Origin: Vicugna vicugna
Lineage: Eukaryota
Reading direction: 5' to 3'
DNA length: 64,000 nucleotides
NCBI GenBank assembly: GCA_013265495.1
Contig: MU058540.1
Span: 1,265,696 to 1,329,695, forward strand
The translations under genes and the position numbers were made by a program. Under the pieces are notes generated by a model. That model was not told the origin of the DNA. It did no database searches and saw nothing but the letters and a program-made list of their open reading frames with translations. Position 1 is the first letter of the stretch. Every line of letters begins with the position of its first letter. This document shows, in pieces, positions 1-12,023 of the stretch.

Positions 1-519
1 CAGCTGGCAGCACTCCGGCCCTGCTATCAGCAGCCCTGCCCACCCCCTTCCTTTCGAGCCCCTTTGAAATTTACCCACCTTATCAGGGGTGCGAACTTTC
101 TGAGGGAGGGCAGGTAAGCCTTCATGTCCAGCCGCTGGAGGCTGCCTTCCGCCCGACTGGTCCCGCCCCAAGGAGACAATGAGCGGGGAACACGTGCTGG
201 GAAGGAGGACCTGGCCCTCAGACACCCAAGGGGCCCCCCTCACACACACACAGACTCAGGCTGCCCTGTCACTGCCCAGTGGGTACCTCCCAGGCCGAGG
301 CAAGGCCCTGCTCAGGCGCTGTCACCCTGCCCTCCACACCGTACCCTGCACCCAGCCTGCAGTGCCCACTCCCTCATCCCTCACACAGGCTTCTGTCAAC
401 CCGCATGTCCTACTCAGTGCCAGCTAGGTGGGCACAGCCCCCTCCCCTCCTCACGTCCGAACTGCTTTCCCAAAGGCAGCCCAGGCCTATTACCCGCCAG
501 CCCCCCAGCCACAGCCTCA

Positions 520-800
520 GCAGGTGTTTACTGAGCACCTACTGCCCACCAGGCGCTGGGGCACAGTGGTGAAGGGGCAGACCAAGCTCAGTCCCCCACG
601 GAGCTGGGAGAGACAGTAAATAAACACAAATAAATAGGATGAGAGGGTGCCACAAAGTGGTGACTGCTGCAGTACGGCAGGAATGAAGCAGGGATGTAGG
701 AGAGGAAGTGTTGGGCTACTTAAAGTGTGTGTGTCAGGGCAGTGAGGGGTCAGGGAAAGCCTGCATGAGGTGGTATTTGAATTCAGACCTGAAGGATTCT
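520..800 (-). mobile_element. L2 fragment
   Basis: gtttactgagcacctact...agacagtaaataaacac...cagggaaagcctgcatgaggtggtatttgaattcagacctgaagga. Confidence 0.65.
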
Positions 801-1664
801 AACTCTCTCCCTCTATGGGGTTAGAATCACAGACACAGAAGCGCAGACCAGGAGGAGGATAGAGACCAATCAGTCCTACAGGATCCCTTTTCACTGAGGC
901 TCAGAGAGGGCAATGAAGTGCACAATGGCAGCCAAGCAGAGCAGGAGTTAGAGCCTCGCCAGGATCCTTCCCCACATTCCTGCTGCCCCCAGCCTGGGGC
1001 ACTGCCAGGGCCCTGGCAGGACCATCTGGCCATTATTGGACAGTCTAGGGGGTGGGCTGAGCCTGGGAGTGCAGTGCTTACAGCCATTTTACTCTGCCTT
1101 TTGTAGACAAGAGGCCTGCTGCATCCTGTTTGAGGCTGAAGATTGGGGCTCAGGTCCTGGTTGGATGACACTGTGGGCTGGAAGTTCTGTCCTCAGGGCA
1201 CCCTGCCCAGCGTTACAGTCCTCTGGCCCCCTTACCACCTCCCCATGTTCCCCATCTGCCCAGGGACGTCCAGGTCCACTAGTGGCCTGACCTTGAGGGC
1301 ATGTTCCTCCAGAAGCCCCTTTCTACCCCTCAACCCCCTCACTCCCAACACACACCTGTGCTCCTGTGGTGAAGGGTGAGTGGCCTGGAGGGGAGGAAGG
1401 GGCAGCCGCTGCAGCCATGGGCATGGTGCATGTGGAGTCACAGGGCCAGGTGGGAAGATCCAGGGGCCTGACTCGTGCCAGACAGGCTCTAAGAAGACAG
1501 ATGAGAAAACAGCTGCTGAGGGGGCTCAAGCTAGAGGGCTGCTGGGTGGGCCAGCCCCTTCGGGCTCTGGGGTTGTGAGAGATGGTGTCCAGAGGTCCTC
1601 AGGGCACTGTTTCTACTGAGCTGGAGAAGCCCGAGGCATCTGAGCTGCTGGCGAGGAGCACTGA

Positions 1665-1830
1665 GTCTAGAAACTAAGTTCAAATCCCAGCTCTGCCATG
1701 TGACCTTAGGTTAAATCACTTCCTTCTCAGCCTCAGTTTCTCTTCTCAGTAGAAGAGGAGCAAGGATTCCTTCTTCAAAGGGATGTTGCAAGGAGCAAAT
1801 GAGAGAAAGTGCAAGTGCCTGGCACACAGC
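1665..1830 (+). mobile_element. MIR
   Basis: gttcaaatcccagctctgccatgtgaccttagg...agcctcagtttc...gtgcctggcaca. Confidence 0.7.
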
Positions 1831-4800
1831 CAGGCCCTGTTGACAGCGGAAGGTTCTCTGCCCTTTGGGGACCTGTCTCTCTCATCTAGATTTTGGCCAG
1901 AGTTTCGGGAACACTAAGCACATGCCAACACTTTAGAAGACTTTTTTTTTTTTAAAGGACCCTTGTTAATTGGATTAACCATAATCCGGGGTTTATGACC
2001 CACGCCATGGGTCTATGCATGGCCCTCTCAAGTTTTAATCATATCATATAATGAACACAGTGAACCCACTGCCAACCCAGGATCAAGGTCATCACCAGCA
2101 ATGCTACACGTATTAATTCACTTATTTCTCACATCAGTCCTACAGTTTGGTTCTAACTTGTCCCCATTTTAAAGATGAGGAAATTGAGGCACAATTGATG
2201 GTTCAGAGCATACTCTCTACTGAATGATGCTGGAGATGCACTGGGTACATTCTTCCAGTTGACTTTCCTGTCCTGAGCTCCAGAGCCCTGGACGATGATG
2301 TCCTCAAACCACCCCTACTCCACTCCTGGCATGTTCTGTGGCTTAGCTAAGGGGATTGCAGCCATGGGCTCAGCCCCCATCTCCCTGGAGGGCCCATTTT
2401 CCACAGCTCTGACAGCTGCAGGAGCCTGGGGAGCAGCCTGCCTAGCCCTGTGCTCCCTACCGGCCCGGGCCTCCCTGGCCCCCTCTCAGCCCATCACCCT
2501 ACCAGTGCTCCTTCCAGTCCAGCTCGGTGAAACAAGAGCCTAGTGCTCCTATCCACGCTTCTACCCTCCTTCTAGGTGGTGCCCAAGAATATGTTAAAGA
2601 AATGAGTAAGTGAATGAATGAATGAAGATGCTAAAAGGGAAAAAGGATATGAAAAGAAAAAAATACAAAATATTTCTGACAGCTGGCTGGGGAGGGGTGG
2701 GAGGAAGGTGAGGGGGACGTCATGTTTAAAGATGCCCCTTTGCCAGCTGCCACGTTCAGGAAGCCCCTGTGCCCTTTGGTTGTGTGGATCCCAACCTCAG
2801 ATCCTACTGCCTGTGCCCTGACCCTGAGTGCTGCCCCTCCCCCATGGTGACTTCCCAGATACAGTGGCAGCCAAAGTTCCCAGAACCATCCTAAGCTGAT
2901 ACAGCTAACGCAGCTCCAGGGCTGGACTGGGCAGGACAGCTCTGCCAGGCAGCCACAGCACCAGCCAGGAAGTACTGGGTGCCCTCGCCTGCTGCCAGGA
3001 AGGGCCAGCTCCCAACAGAGTTTTGGGAGGGTTTGGGGTCCAGGGCAGAGCCAGGATTAGGCTAAGACTGGGAGGACCTGGGGCTTGAATTCTCTTGGCA
3101 GCACCCAGATATGATGTCGGGGAAACAACTTTCTTCTCAACACATGTGGATCTTGCCCTGTACAGGGAGCTGATTACTCTTGAGAATCTACCAAAAACTA
3201 TGGGCCCCCCCACCTCAGAATACACACACACTTCCAGGGGCTCACAGAGCCCCTGCAACCTCTCCATGAGCCCCAGATTAAGAGTCCCTGTCCTGGATTG
3301 TGGGTAGTGTGTGGGCAGGACAGTCCAATTCACCTCCAGATCACAGCAAAATCTCTGGTATACAGTAGGTGCTTAATAATGCACTTATTTCCATAAACCA
3401 ACAGATATGGACTTGTTGGATGAAGGAAAAGGCAGCTGCAGCTGGGTTGTGCCCGGGCTCAGAGAGTCAGTCAGGGCAAGGGAACGGAGGGTGAAGCAGG
3501 GTGTCACTCGGCTGCCTACAGCCCCCTATGGCTCCCCACTGCCCTCAGAGTCAGCTCCACGTGGTCCCTCCCTCATTGTCCATGCTGCTTCAGCTCACAA
3601 CCAGAGGTGCCGCCTCAGCTCTAAGAGCTGCTGGAAACTCTCCTCAAACACTGACTTATTCCATCCTCTACTGAGCATCTATTGCATGTCACGCTGTTCT
3701 AGACACTAGGAATACAACAATGAACAAAACAGGCCCTTCCCTGGAGGGGCTGACAGTAGCTCTTGCTTCCAGACTTCTCTACATGCCCTTGTACTTAATC
3801 TGCAGAATCCAGCATTGGCATCATCTCCTCTGAGGAGGCTTCCCTGATCCTGTTAGTCTTGGGACCCTGGGATCAGGGCACTTATCCCACCTTATCAAAT
3901 ATTCCTTCTCCTTGTCTGTCTCCTGCACTGGGCTGGGAGTCCACAGAGACAGAAGCTTTGTCTTATTTGCTTGGCATCCTTGGACTTCAGTGCAGTGCCT
4001 GGCAAATAGCTATGCATGGAATAAAGGGATGGATGGATGGACCAAAGGATGGAAGGAATTTGTTTGGGTTGGGGGTACCAACAAGGAAGTAGGAAGGAAA
4101 TGGAGCTTGGGGCTGAGGTGGGTCTGGGAATGTCCCTGGGGAGGGCAGAGGGTGTGGGGAGTGTACAGGTCCCTCCTCCTGGTTCTCGTGTGAGACCTGA
4201 TTTCCTTGGACAACAATGGCTGCAGGTGCGGAAAGGAGGGTCAGGGGAGGGGTGATGGAGAATAGGATTTGCTTCCTGGTCTGGGGTTTCCAGTCCCTTG
4301 CACCCCACCCTGGGGCTCCAGTCAGAGGCACCCCTCCCTTGAAGTGACTCAACCCCTGCCAGGTGGGGAAGGCTGCGGGAGAGGCAGGCAATACAGACCA
4401 CCTGCATCAGGCTCCTGGGGGTGGGGGACATTCAGCTCTTACCTTCCTGGGTTGTGATCTCTGTGTCACCAAATCCAAGAGGGGCTGGGACATTGCCTTC
4501 CCTGTGTCAGACCCCAAGACAGGCTCAGAGAGAATAAGGGTTCTGCCTGAGTTCACACAGTTGTCAGGGCTTAATTGCCAGCCTCTGCTGTCTTCATTCT
4601 TGGGCAGGGCCTACCCAGCTCTGCCAAGCCAAGGACAGGGCTTCCCTGGGGGTCCTCCCTCCTGATGAGGGGGCAAGCCATCCCTGCCTCTGAGGGTCCC
4701 ACCTTGGTCAGAGACAAGCAGGGGCCTGGCCCCACTGCCCATCCCTGGGGCACCAGTAGGCAGCGGGAACAGGATAGAGGGTGATGGGAGGGGATCCATT

Positions 4801-5039
4801 ACCTTCTCACTGTCCCAACCCTATGACCCTGTGACCGCCTCTCCACCTTCTTCGCCTCTAAGGCTACCCTTCTCCTTTGGCTGCCATCTTGGAGAGAGAA
4901 TAGAGGCTGAGGAGGGTCCTATCTTCAGATGTGCGAGGACTGTAAAAATGGGAGGAGGGTTCTGGGGAGTGTGCATCTACTCCCTAGAATATCGATCTCA
5001 GGGCTGGAAGGAAGGAGCCTCCAGCTGAACTAGTCTAAT

Positions 5040-5700
5040 GATTCATTTTACAGGAATGAAGCAGAGACCCAGAGAGGGAAGGGACCTTGCTTGAGGTCAC
5101 ACAGCACAATAACTGCTGAGCTTATGGACTATTTTCTCTATATAAGGCACTCTCCCATGCACTCTACACATATTAACTCCCTAATCCTTCCCCAACCCTA
5201 TGAGCCAGGAGCACTATTATAATCCCTGCTTTACAGATGGAGAAACTGAGGCACAGATGGCGAACATGAGGCACAGAGAGGTTAGGGAGGTTGCCCAAGG
5301 TCACACAGCTTGTGAGTGGCAGAGTAGAGCCTGGTTCCAGGGCCTCATGCACAACCCCATGCTTTATTGCCTCCTGTTATAGTTACTAAGTAGGAGCCTT
5401 GGTCCCTTCTTGGCTCTACCTGCTATGGGGCTTCAACTCAGTCTCTCATGGTCTCTGTGCCTTTACACTAATAAATACAATAATAATATTACTTTTTGCA
5501 TTTGTTGAACCCTTTCTATGGTACAGGCACAGTGAACAAATGCCTTTTCTACATAATGTCATTTAAATCTCATAATAACCCTATGGGATAGGTATCAGAA
5601 CTGCCATTTGCAGATATGAAAACTGAGGCCCAGAGAGGTTAACTGACTTGCCCAGGGACACGCATCTAGTAAGAAACAGCCAGGATGCAAAGCCAGCCAA
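5040..5700 (-). mobile_element. Cluster of about three MIR copies
   Basis: Repeated tttacagatggagaaactgaggcacaga...ttgcccaaggtcacacagc cores near 5050, 5230 and 5610. Confidence 0.7.
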
Positions 5701-8700
5701 GCCCAAGCTCTAACCTCTGTCCTCCTGTACATGGGCCAGGGGATGAGGAGTTGCACAATCAGTCCTGGGAAGGTCGTTCTGTCCAGCCCCTCCCTCCACC
5801 TTACTAGACATCTTGCCACGTGTGCCCTTTGCTGGGCCCAGCACTTGGTGGCCCTCAGGAGCTGCCCTACCCCCCACTGATGACCCTTGCCCCTCTTCTG
5901 CCATCTGACACCGCTCCTGCGTCACGTCGGGGAAGCCAGGATCCCCGCACCCAGTCTGGGACACAGTTGGCAGCAGCTGCAGGAAGCAGACCCACCCAGC
6001 ATCTCAGGTGTCACTCATAAACCTCTACCCTGCCGTCCAGGCTCACCCCCTCCCTCACACACTCATTCACCACTTCTTATCCAGCCCTAGTTGTGTGCCT
6101 CGCTGAATGCCCTGACCTCCAGGAGCTTACAGTCTGGCTGGGTTGCTGAGGCCAGCTGCCTGCTGTGACCAGGACTAGGCAGAAAAGGAGTCCAGGAGCA
6201 GGAAGAGGGGCTGGGAGGCTGGGATGGCATCACGGCATCACAGCAGGGGCGGCCAGGAGTCAGGCCTTGAGGGACAGGCCAGGACGAGGAGAGGCGTGAG
6301 AACGGGGTGGGAGTAACATGTGCTGAGCTCTCTGAGGTGGCGCTGTGCTTGGCACCCCTCATGTGAAACACGTACATGAGTGGGTGGGGGGGACAGACAA
6401 TTTATGTGACCTTAGGGATTCACCCCCACCTCTCTGGGCCTCAGTGCCAACCTCTTGGGTTGAAGTGAGGATTAACCCCGCTGACACATATAGGGTGGAG
6501 GCCTCGTGGTCAGTGCTGGGTGGGGGTGGGGGGTGAATCACCTGCTAGGCCCTCACAACAACGCTGGGCAGTGTTCTATTCTTGTCTCTGTTTCAGAGAT
6601 AAACAAACTGAGTTGACCTGCCTGTAGCTGGGCAGCAGCAGAGCTGTTTAGAGCAAAGGCCTGCTTAACCAGGCATCCTAGAGCATTTGAGATTGGAGTG
6701 GGTAGGAATTCTGGGGGCCGGAGGGGAGCAGAGGCTGGAGACTCTCTCCTCATACCCCTCAAGGTGGGCAAGCCAAAGGCCTGAGCCAGGGGCCTCAAGA
6801 TTTTGCTCTGCCTCTGACTTGCTGTGCAGCCTGCACAAGTTCATTTCCCTCTCTGGGCCTCAGCCCGGTCTTCTGAAAGCTGAGAGGTCACTAGGTCTCT
6901 GTGGACCCTCCTAGTACATGCCCACAAGCCCTCTCGCTGTGGGGATGGACCCCCTCCTACCCCTCACCGAGCTGACTCTCCATTGCTGTCCTCAACAACA
7001 CTCACATAGACTGGGCAGGCTCTACATACACACTCTCGTTTCATCTCCACACACCCCTGTGAGGAAGCTCTCGTTTCCAGTTTACAGATGAAGAAACTGA
7101 GACCCACAGAAGGCAAGTGGGCAGCAAGGCCCCCAGAGAGCAAGTGCGGGCACAGAAATGAGAAGCCCCTGCCTCTCCTCCCTGGGTAGGCGGTCACCTG
7201 GCCCAGCAGAGACCACCACTAGCTTGTCCGGCAGCCAGACCTGGGGAGGGAGGTTCCAGGAGAGGTGCCTTCACTTGCCTGCCTGGTGGCCACACACTGC
7301 CTGGGGCCATCTTTCTGTGGTTCAGCCTTTTCACATGCAGGGGCTGGTGGCAAGTATCACGGTGAGCCCTCTGGAACCAGGCGGACAAGAAGAGGAACAA
7401 TGAGGCCAAGCATACACTCTCGTGGTTCTCGGCATTTGACACGTTTTAACTGTGCAAGTCGTACATCAACTGTCCGAGGTGGGCACCACTACTATCAACC
7501 CCATTTCACAGATAAGGAAACTGAGGCAGCGGAGAGGCCTTGGTAACACAGCAAGTGCAGAGTGAGGGCTGAAACACTGTGCTCTACTCCCTCCCAACAT
7601 ACAGGAAACAAAGGAAAACAATAGTGGACAGGCAATTGGTAATTAAGAATTTAACTGTACAGGACAGACTCTCTGTGCCAGAGGGAAGCTGAACAGGGAG
7701 GAGATCAAAGTTTCAGAGAAGAAAGCCTGAGCCCTGGTGACCAAGGTATTGGAAGTGGGTGGTCAGGGTTGAGGCACAGGTCTCCTGGTACAGGTGTTTG
7801 ATCCATTGAGATATTGGGACACCATATCTCATATGGTGTGATGCCAGGCACTTACCAGCCCACCTCCCTACCCCCACACCAACCCTTTCCCTCCCATTGC
7901 ACAAATGGGAAAACTGAGGCCCGAGCTCTGTCCAGTAGGGCCCTCTGAGAGGGGTAGGGGGTAATGAGCCAAAGAGAGGAGTTTCTGAGGGGCTAGCAGG
8001 AGTGGATGTGGCCCCTGCTTGCCTGGCCTGGGACCTTAGCTCTCTGGGCTTCCCGTCCCTGTCCACCCAGGAAATGATCACCCCTCCTTCTTCCCCCACC
8101 ACCCCAACAGTAATGGGTAGCAGATGAGAGCATATGCTTCACCCAAGGCCTCCCAAAGCATCCTTCAGCCGCCACAGCCAGCCCAGGAAGGGGGTCATTT
8201 CACATGGAGAAACTAGAGCTCAGAGAGCTTTAGTGACTTGCCCAAGGTCACACAGTAGATTGAAAATGGGTCTCTCTTAAGAAGGAGGAAGAAGAGCAGA
8301 GAACAGAGAGGAGAGAGGGAGACAGGAAGGGGATGAGGAAGAGAAAGGGGAGGGGGTCACAGGTGTCCTGAGGCCCATTCTCACAGTCCCTGCCTGGCCT
8401 CAGTCTCCAGGTTGGCTTCCCCTCCCCCTTCCCAGAAAGGACAGACTACAGCCCTGGCCCTTGGCTGCCTCTCATCCCTGGCCCCAGGCACGTGGCATCC
8501 TGCTGGTAAGGGCTCCAGTGGGGTGTAGTCTTTTGGGAGGGGCGGGGCAGGGCTGTTTGTTCCTGAGCAGCCCAGGTTCGGAGATGGCTTTATGGTGCCA
8601 TCTGGAAGACGTGGCATGGGCGGGCCTAGCTGGCACAGGGCCAGGGCAGGGAAGGGGGCACTAGGGCACTGCCCCCAAGCTGTTGCCTGGCCCCAAGAGA

Positions 8701-10534
8701 AGGATGGGAGCCTCAGGCGGGCACAAGCCAAGCACAATCTGATGAAGACCCCGTGAAGCAGGAACTAGCCTCATTTCACGGGTGGGGACATTGAGGCCAA
8801 ACAGGTCAGTGAACTGCCCAAAGTCACACCTGGCCTGGTAAGTGACATGGAGCCTATGCCCTACTCATCTACCTGAATCTCAGCACTGCCACATGGTGCT
8901 GGACATCAAGGGCAGGCCTGGAACCAGAGGACCTGGCCCAGGTGCCCTGAAACCTTGGGCAAGGGTCCCCACTTCCTTAGCATTCAGTTTCCTGATAATA
9001 TACACCTTCTGGGACAATCAATGGGAGAAGCAGGCGAGAGTGCACCTGTGAACACTGTCAGAAGGACATGAGGACAGTAGTCCCAGGGATGGATGTGGGT
9101 GTGTGTTTTTATCATGCACGTTTATAGCTGATCACCCCTCACCCTGCTGCCACAGGATTAAGTCTTCCCCTGGCATCCAAGACCCTTGACTGCAGGATCC
9201 AGCTCTGGCCCTCTCCTCTTGGCCATTGCCCCTTTCCTCTGGGTGAGTCTGAGCAAGTTCACCTCCTCTCTGAGCTTCAGTCTTCTCACGTGGCAGCGGA
9301 GGGGGAGAGAAGGCAGCACACATGCATGTAAGGTATTGCTGCTCAGTAGCAGCGTCAACCCCTTTAGCAGTATCAGGCCTCAGCTACTAGGTGTGGAGTT
9401 TGTTTGATCTTCCTCGGGTCTCCAAGATGTTATGGTGAGAGACAAGGTCTCAGGCAGCACGACTTGCAGGAAAGGACAAGTTGGGAAGCCAGCCTGTTCT
9501 TCCTTCACCAGCACAGAGCCCACTTTCTCCACGAAGGGTGCTCAGGGCATAGTCTCTGCCCCAGTGGTGACAGCTACTTCTCTCACGTGGCCAGTTTGGG
9601 GGCACAGCTGGCTCCCCTCCAAGCCCAGTGGGCTGCCAGGAGGGTCTGCCTGGGGTGTGAGGGTGTGTGGGGAGAGGAGGCCCCGCCTCCTTCGTCAGGC
9701 CTCCCAGAGTCCATTATTCAGCCGCACACCTGGCACCCAGCCTGCTAGAGAGGATGGCTGTGGACCACAGGGACCAGTCTTGGACCTTGGCATTTGCTAG
9801 GTGTCTGGATCCAGCATCTTATCTCAACAGCTTCAGTGCTGATGCAGGGTTCTCCCCTACCCACACACCTCTGTGACCTTTCTTTGTCTCTTTTACAGGC
9901 TTGGGCCAGCCCCTGAGCAGAGAGCCCCAGTACCTGACCCCTGCCTGGGGTGTTCCACTTGGAGCTCTGTTCCACCCTCTGCCCCTCAAGGGTCTACAGC
10001 CTTTGGATTCCAGGCCACTTTCCTAAGGGCTACACTCAACACACACTTACCAAGTGCCGACTGGGTGCCTGATGCTCCCTGACGATCTGCTTAATCTCTG
10101 TCTACCACCTTTCCCTGATTTATCTTCTTGGTACTTAGGGCAGCCTGCGATGATATTTAGGTTTTGGTCTCTATGATGACTATCTCTCCCCATTACAATG
10201 TCAGGTCCTTGGAGGCAGGGACTGGCCTGGCTTATCCACTGCTGTGTCCCCAGCTCTGATTTCTGCTGAGCAGGCGAGTGGGCCCTGCCCCTCCCCTGTG
10301 ATGGACACTATAGGATCCTATTTTGTGTTCTTAAAATTGACTCCAGACTCCCCCTTTCACTTGAGCAACCCTGGGGGGCTTCTATTATGGTAACCCCAAC
10401 AGGTTCAGAAAATGTGCTGTGGGCTCCTTACCAGTAAAAATGAGGGTGAGGGTAGAGGGCTCCACAGGTAGAACAGATGAGCTTTTTAAGGAACAGAAAT
10501 GGAAGAGTGCATGGCATATATAGGGAAGAGAGGG

Positions 10535-10952
10535 CTAGTTGCCTCCCCAATACCCATTCTCTCCTTTCTTACTAATGGGATCCTAATTATCTTGGATGAA
10601 ATCATGTCAGCATTCCTTGGTGATGGAAGGAACAGTTAACCAAGTTCTGGCCAATGGGATATAAATTAAGTTGTTGGGTAGGGATTCCAGGACAGTTCCT
10701 TTAAAAGAGGACCGATTTAGTCTTTCCTCCTTTGTGCCTAGAACTGGGATGTGATGGCTGAAGCTGTGGTGACTATATTGTGACCATGAGGAGGCCACAC
10801 TGTGACCATGAGGAGGCCTTGAGGATGGAAGCCAGCCCTGTAATTACCTTCAGGCTTTACATTTAAGGAGAGGAAAATAAATCCCTATCTTGTTTAAGCC
10901 ACTTGTCTTTCAGGACTATTACTTATAGCTGACTGCAACTCCTAAATGACCC
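10535..10952 (+). mobile_element. Old MaLR LTR (MLT1J/K-like)
   Basis: gttctggccaatgggatata, tgtgaccatgagg, cttgtttaagccact, tagctgactgcaactcctaaatgac motifs; contains an internal tgtgaccatgaggaggcc duplication. Confidence 0.65.
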
Positions 10953-11689
10953 TGGAGGGTCTGTCAATATCTCCCTTGCCTCCTTCTTCATTGAGATGGT
11001 CTTGGGCAACCATTTCCCTTAAGGTGCACTTTGAGAAGCTATGGGGTTGAAGGGAAGGAGAACAGGGCCTAAATTTGAAGCGAACCCTGGGAGGAGATCA
11101 GAGGATACCCAGGAGTGAGGTCCTCTAGAAGACCTGAGAGTGTCCAGGGAGGGTGGCATCTGAAGGGACCCTAGACTCATCCACTGTTCCTCTCAACAAT
11201 AAACTTGCAGATAAACATATGACCAGGCACATACAAATCCCCAGCAATGTCACCCCATTCTCCCAAATACACAGAGCCAATATTTGAAAATGCTCTAATA
11301 TCCAGGAACTGTCAGGGCCTCCCCTACTGCCATCCCTGGCCACTGCATCTAGAGGTATCAGGGCCCTGGACTGAGGCTGTGGCCAGCCATGGAGTAAGGG
11401 TGGCTGGGCCAGAGGCATTGCTGTGGAACTCTGCCAGGCCCTGAGCTTGGGTAACTATAGATCCTCCACTGGTTAGGGCAGGTCCTTGAGGACACAGAGT
11501 GCTCAGGTGGACAGGGAAGCTCATTTTGTAAGCCTCATATCATGTGGGTGAAGAGACAGCTCAGAGAGGAAGAGTGGCTCCACCAAAGTCACACAGCACT
11601 AAGAGAGGGGGCAGATGCCAGAGTCTGCATTTCACATAACCCACAATTGGCATCTAAACACAGTGGGTGCCATCTTTTTTGCTTTATTT

Positions 11690-12023
11690 TGGCCATTCTC
11701 CTTGCTTGGAATGCTCTTCTACCAGATATCCACAATGAGCACTCCCCCAGGTGCTTTACATCCTTCCTCAAAGATCACCTTCTCAGTGGGGACCTCCCTG
11801 ACCTCCTGTTTAAAGTTGCCCACCCCTTCCCTATCCTCTTCTGTTTCTCCATATCCCTTTTCATTACCCAGTATACCATATATTTCACTGTATGTCAGCT
11901 CCGTGATGCAGGGATATTTTGCATCTGTTTCCCTGTTGCATCCTCAGCACCTAGGACAGGGCTGGGCACAAGGTAGGTACACTACGTATTTATTAACTGA
12001 ATGCATGAATGAATGAATGAATG
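11690..12023 (+). mobile_element. L2 3' end
   Basis: cttggaatgctctt...cagcacctaggacagggctgggcacaaggtagg...(tgaa)n tail. Confidence 0.75.

Noticed and set aside
1..3000. SPDEF first exon
   Set aside because: No sequence resembling the SPDEF 5' exon or coding region was recognised; only recalled synteny suggests it is nearby.
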